IMG/VR virus record: IMGVR_UViG_3300020122_000089
Location: 32,001 to 96,000 of that record
Length of the DNA stretch: 64,000 bases
Strand: one strand, 5' to 3'
From: a virus
The stretch's first letter is position 1. Each line of letters begins with the position of its first letter. The translations under genes and the position numbers were made by a program. Below are positions 60,264 through 64,000 of this stretch, one piece after another. The notes under the pieces are model-generated. The model was not told the DNA's origin. It did not search any database and was given only the letters and a program-made list of their open reading frames with translations.

Positions 60264-60725
60264 TTACGCCCTACCAAAAGGAGCGGGCCTGCGCATATGC
60301 TCCCTAACCCGACGCCCTTGGTCAACAACCTTTTTTAGCTCTGGGCGTTCGTGTTCAGGTCTAGTTTTCAAGTATCTCGACGCAGCTTCGGTCATTGGTG
60401 AATGCGTGGCAGAGTAGCCACAAGAAGGACACTTGCCGCCTTCCATTTTAGCGCCACATTCGGGGCAAGTACCGGTGTCGGTTGCCGCAGGCTGTGGAGG
60501 TCCGCCTTGCGCTGACACCTGATCCGACGGGCCACCTGGCGCGCCAGCCGCAGCGCCCTGGGCCAATTGTGCGGCGTCATTGTCAGAATCGCCAGGGGCA
60601 AATTTTGTTCAGCATGAAGGACAGACCACCATGGCATCATTGTCGCCATCATGGTCGGGGTCTGATACGCCAGCACCGCCCTGCGGCATTGCGGCTGCTA
60701 TATTTGAAGCGTTTAACATTGACAT
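60264..60725 (-). pseudogene. Zn-knuckle protein with in-frame TGA (60609-60611)
   Basis: ATG 60725 with AGGAG RBS and TAATG overlap; reads VVCPSC*TKFAP in frame into ORF 60264-60566. Confidence 0.6.
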
Positions 60726-61292
60726 TATTCCTCTCCTTGATCGGTATAAAACGGGATGCGAATACCGCGTGAATAGATTATCTCGCCGCTGCTTAATCGG
60801 TCATATATCTTTTGCTCGCGGCTAAACCTCTCTGAAGGTGTCTCCATATAGCGCATTGCGAATTTTGCTATATCCTCTAATGAATCACTTTCCGGTGCTG
60901 ATAAAGAGCGCTGGTGTAATATATCGCGCTCTAATTCGGCTAAGTGCTCGCCGCACGGCTCGTATTCATTACATTCGCAGGGCATAAATTTCTTCCGGAA
61001 GATTCAAAATAGAGCATGTACAACTTTAAGGGGTGTCAAGGGGGATGGATTTGCATAGCCATCTTCGTATTTGAATACGTGGATGCGTTCACGGTTTTTA
61101 GAGTATGTCATTAAGTGCAATAACTGGCTATACTCTCGTCGTTTTGTAATCTCAGTCGCGGCGCGTGAGGCGGTGATAGCGGTGCAGTCTAACGCTTTGT
61201 AGCCTTCGTCCTTCCATCGTTGAATATGCTCTGGCAATTCTATAGCGGTTATGTTTTCTACTGTAAACATGCGCATTGTTTCTTCCGGAAGA

Positions 61293-61499
61293 TTACTTAT
61301 GAAATCCGCCTAATGTCTTAGCAAGATTAGCCCGCTGTGCGGTCTTTTTGCCATATCTACCAGCGCGAGCGGCGGCGAGCTTTGAGGTGGGAATTTTCTC
61401 GCCCTGCGGTACGCCTAAATCCCTGTGTAGTTGTCCGGGTTTTCGGATAGCTTTCCCGATCCATCTCTTTGAGTAGTTCGAGCCGTTATACTTTGCCAT
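61293..61499 (-). CDS. Small basic phage protein
   Basis: WIGKAIRKPGQLHRDLGVPQGEKIP..KL..A..RANLAKTL, a pattern recalled from phage head-gene regions. Confidence 0.7.
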   Translation of the reverse strand: MAKYNGSNYSKRWIGKAIRKPGQLHRDLGVPQGEKIPTSKLAAARAGRYGKKTAQRANLAKTLGGFHK

Positions 61500-62187
61500 T
61501 TTGCTCTCCGGTTTGAAAGAGTTCTTGACAATGCACTACCCAACGGCCGTTAGGTAACACTGCGTAGCGGGCTAGTCTATCGTCAAGCATGCGGAAGGTT
61601 TTGTCGAGTGATATTATCTGATAGGGCCGCTCTGTGGTGACTGGAAACCGCCCACTCTCGCTAAAATAGAAGGCGCTTGGATTATCATCTCTTTTGTGGT
61701 AAACAAACCTATTACCACTCGATTTGATTACGGGAATCGCATAGCTGCATTCCGCCATTTCATCTTGATACGATAGAAAGCAGAATCGGACAACGGATTC
61801 GGAAATGGATTTGTCAAAGGATCGTATCATTTCAGGGGTTGCAACGCCAATGCGGCCGTCAGCGGTACCGAGAAGTTCTTTTCGATATGAAACATAATCC
61901 TCAAGATGGTCGCCATCGAGTAGTGTTAGTGGAAGGCTGTCTTTCCAAACATACATATCTTGCTGATTGCCATTTCTTCCTGATATCAGCATTGCTACAG
62001 GCTGTTCGCCTTCAAGATATCTCGAAACAATGTATACGCGACAGTCCGGAGAATGATGCCTCGAAATATCACCCTCTAACATAGGCGCTTGAGCAAGGTA
62101 TTTCTTTTGAAACCATTGATCGCAGCAGTAGCCTGGAATCTCAAATACGGCGGCTTGTGTTTCTTCCGGAAGTATTGCTGCGCTCAT
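61486..62187 (-). CDS. Hypothetical protein
   Basis: 233 aa ORF. Confidence 0.6.
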   Translation of the reverse strand: MSAAILPEETQAAVFEIPGYCCDQWFQKKYLAQAPMLEGDISRHHSPDCRVYIVSRYLEGEQPVAMLISGRNGNQQDMYVWKDSLPLTLLDGDHLEDYVSYRKELLGTADGRIGVATPEMIRSFDKSISESVVRFCFLSYQDEMAECSYAIPVIKSSGNRFVYHKRDDNPSAFYFSESGRFPVTTERPYQIISLDKTFRMLDDRLARYAVLPNGRWVVHCQELFQTGEQNGKV

Positions 62188-62368
62188 TTTAGACCTTGCT
62201 TCTTTTCGTAATGCTTAATGGTTCGAGGGGCATAATCGGGGAGGTTTTTAGGTGACTGCCCCTCGTGTATTCGGCGGCCTTTGAACGGGATAATCCTTTC
62301 GGGGCGGGGATGCTTCCCGACTGGATCGCTTTCATGTAGCCAAATTGGGCTTTACTCACGCTTGGCAT
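62184..62368 (-). pseudogene. Small MPSVSKAQ-type phage protein with apparent 1-nt deletion
   Basis: GGAGG RBS; MPSVSKAQFGYMKA..KAAEYT then GQSPKNLP in the -1 frame, ending with an ATGA overlap. Confidence 0.5.
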
Positions 62369-62370
62369 AA

Positions 62371-63153
62371 CTATTCCTCCGAAAGAAATGAACGCCCGGC
62401 ACCCGCATACCGCTTGAGACTATTCATATCTATGTCATATGCGCGGTCGCTAGAACGTAATCTTTTCCAATCCGGCGGCTCCTGTTTCGACCATTGTCGA
62501 ATTGTCGATGTGCGGAACCTTACATTCGTAACATGCGACGAAGCCCTAATCCCGTCCCTGCATAACACTTTCAACTTTTCTAGTTGGTATTGCATGCCGG
62601 GCTGTAACCCTTCAAATTCATAATCAACACGCCCGCCGTTCATTGTAGGGATGGGTGTTTCTATTTCCGATCGGATGATCTGATTATCAATACCGCGCAA
62701 CACCGTCCTTAACCTCTCCGTGCCGGCAGGAATCCAGGCGGACAGCGTGGCGGCTACATTACGATGTGTGTCAAATCTTTCGGCGATCTTAAAAGGCGTC
62801 AGCGGCTTCGGAAGTGGCAGACTGTTTATGCTTGAAGCGTCAAGCGCCACCATAGCCCTAAACGACTGCGCTGCTTTTTGAAGTTCGCGGGCTAGTTCAG
62901 TAGACGCAAGCCAAGCACCTTCTTCGGCGTAATAGATCGCTTTCATGTCTAGGTCAAGAGGTACTTCCCATTCCATACCAGACGGTAAAGTACCTTTGAC
63001 CACTAAGCGTGGCGCGCCTAACCCATCAACAATGTCAGGTCCGTATTGCGTGTTCAGCCTAGCATCATGAACTTCGTTAGGCATCATCGCCTGTAATGAA
63101 GCCGAAGCTACAGATTCAAGATTTGCGGCCATATCTATAGCACTCATTGCCAA
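62371..63153 (-). CDS. Hypothetical protein, possible Fn3-like segment
   Basis: 260 aa; FEGLQPGMQY. Confidence 0.55.
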   Translation of the reverse strand: MAMSAIDMAANLESVASASLQAMMPNEVHDARLNTQYGPDIVDGLGAPRLVVKGTLPSGMEWEVPLDLDMKAIYYAEEGAWLASTELARELQKAAQSFRAMVALDASSINSLPLPKPLTPFKIAERFDTHRNVAATLSAWIPAGTERLRTVLRGIDNQIIRSEIETPIPTMNGGRVDYEFEGLQPGMQYQLEKLKVLCRDGIRASSHVTNVRFRTSTIRQWSKQEPPDWKRLRSSDRAYDIDMNSLKRYAGAGRSFLSEE

Positions 63154-63278
63154 TACCTGTCGCCTTGAATTTTTGAGGTGTCAATTCGGAGCATGAAGGA
63201 TAGAAGCCAAAATACAAAAACAACACCAATTGTCAGGACGATTAAGATTCCGATAGATAACAGGATTGCAGCGAGCAT

Positions 63279-63635
63279 CTAATACATCCTCATAGGGGAA
63301 TAAGGCGAAACGCCACGGAAGTTGGCGTATGGTTCTGGCGAGTTTGCGCCCGCCGTTGGAAAGCCTATCGGCCTTTCAGGTGAAGGCGCTGCAAGTGGTG
63401 GTAGTGCTTTGCCGCCTAAGTCTGGCGCTTGCTGGCTGAAAGATTGATTCGGTTGCTGTCCGTAAGGCTGTATTGACATCGTATCAGGTGTTGCACTGGC
63501 TAGTGGCTTTGCACCGCCAAGAGGATTCGCGTACATACCCTGCCCGTTACCTGCGCCGCCGCCAAAAGACATTCCGCCTTGCGAGAAGTCTGGCTGGCCG
63601 TATGCTTGCTGATTGTATTGGAAAGGGGATCCCAT
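63279..63635 (-). CDS. Low-complexity G/P/Q-rich hypothetical protein
   Basis: 118 aa ORF. Confidence 0.5.
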   Translation of the reverse strand: MGSPFQYNQQAYGQPDFSQGGMSFGGGAGNGQGMYANPLGGAKPLASATPDTMSIQPYGQQPNQSFSQQAPDLGGKALPPLAAPSPERPIGFPTAGANSPEPYANFRGVSPYSPMRMY

Positions 63636-63959
63636 TTCTTTACTAATCCGCCACTATCGCTGTTGCTTTCGATAGCTGATTGAGAATTGCTGTGGTGAGT
63701 TTCATCCTTCCAGATGCTTCTAAAAATACGCACGCGGTCTCATGTGAAACCCTAGCGCCACACTTACATCGAAAAAAACATTGAACCGCATCATCTACCC
63801 AATCGTGAAGGTGTTGCATTTCCTATTTCCTCCGGAAGATTTTTCATTGTCTCCTTACGTACCACGTATTCTAGTACGATTAACGTAAGTGGGTATTTTA
63901 GAGGCGCGCAACACTCTCGGAAATTTTATCCGAGAAGATTTCACGGCTCGATTATGATG

Positions 63960-63988
63960 ATTATAGCATAATACGGGGATGTTGTCAA
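63960..63988 (-). promoter_or_regulatory. Consensus sigma70-type promoter
   Basis: TTGACA-17-TATAAT with TG extension. Confidence 0.7.
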
Positions 63989-64000
63989 GTGTTATTTTCA

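Larger units (their letters stand above)
5986..61292. repeat. Dispersed palindrome (WW)TCTTCCGGAAGA(WW)
   Basis: Perfect 12-mers start at 5986, 6220, 7640, 13394, 18928, 19987, 21693, 22546, 23486, 25253, 29861, 30677, 31606, 33811, 34197, 35819, 37694, 38373, 38851, 40399, 52839, 54224, 58784, 59351, 60991, 61281. Near-matches at about 2658, 4689, 9686, 11665, 16242, 20800, 23841, 27895, 57014, 62162, 63828. Confidence 0.95.

Noticed and set aside
9294-60611. Alternative genetic code (TAG or TGA reassigned)
   Set aside because: Many genes end in TAG, and TGA stops form ATGA/TGATG overlaps (22854, 28636, 53751); internal stops are rare.
5986-63839. CRISPR array from the recurring palindrome
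   Set aside because: Only 12-16 bp, irregularly spaced over kilobases, with no spacers or cas genes.

Overview
A 64-kb segment of a tailed dsDNA phage or prophage with a podovirus-like layout, read almost entirely on the minus strand: portal (54243-56999), a 12.4-kb accessory/lysis/fibre block, scaffold (38871-40370), major capsid gene, DNA methyltransferase plus glycosyltransferase cluster, adaptor/nozzle/tail genes, and a giant polyvalent protein running off the left edge. No terminase or integrase is recognisable. Main observations: (1) The major capsid gene (37652-31947) is absent from the ORF track because ten group I introns split it into 11 exons. Manual splicing from P1 U-G pairs, omega-G and P10 gives an open 1266-nt CDS (421 aa). 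Exon 1 is only ATG GCT, two introns are under 200 nt, and three carry HNH-type endonucleases (two antisense with their own promoters). (2) The palindrome TCTTCCGGAAGA occurs 26 times perfectly plus about 10 near-matches (manual count), mostly at gene junctions, also in intron P6 regions, and is absent from the 12.4-kb block it brackets. (3) A promoter-driven structured RNA locus and tandem pseudoknots lie upstream of the capsid gene. Several in-frame stops and a frameshift suggest recoding, decay or sequence error. All calls come from reading motifs by eye; no database searches were run.
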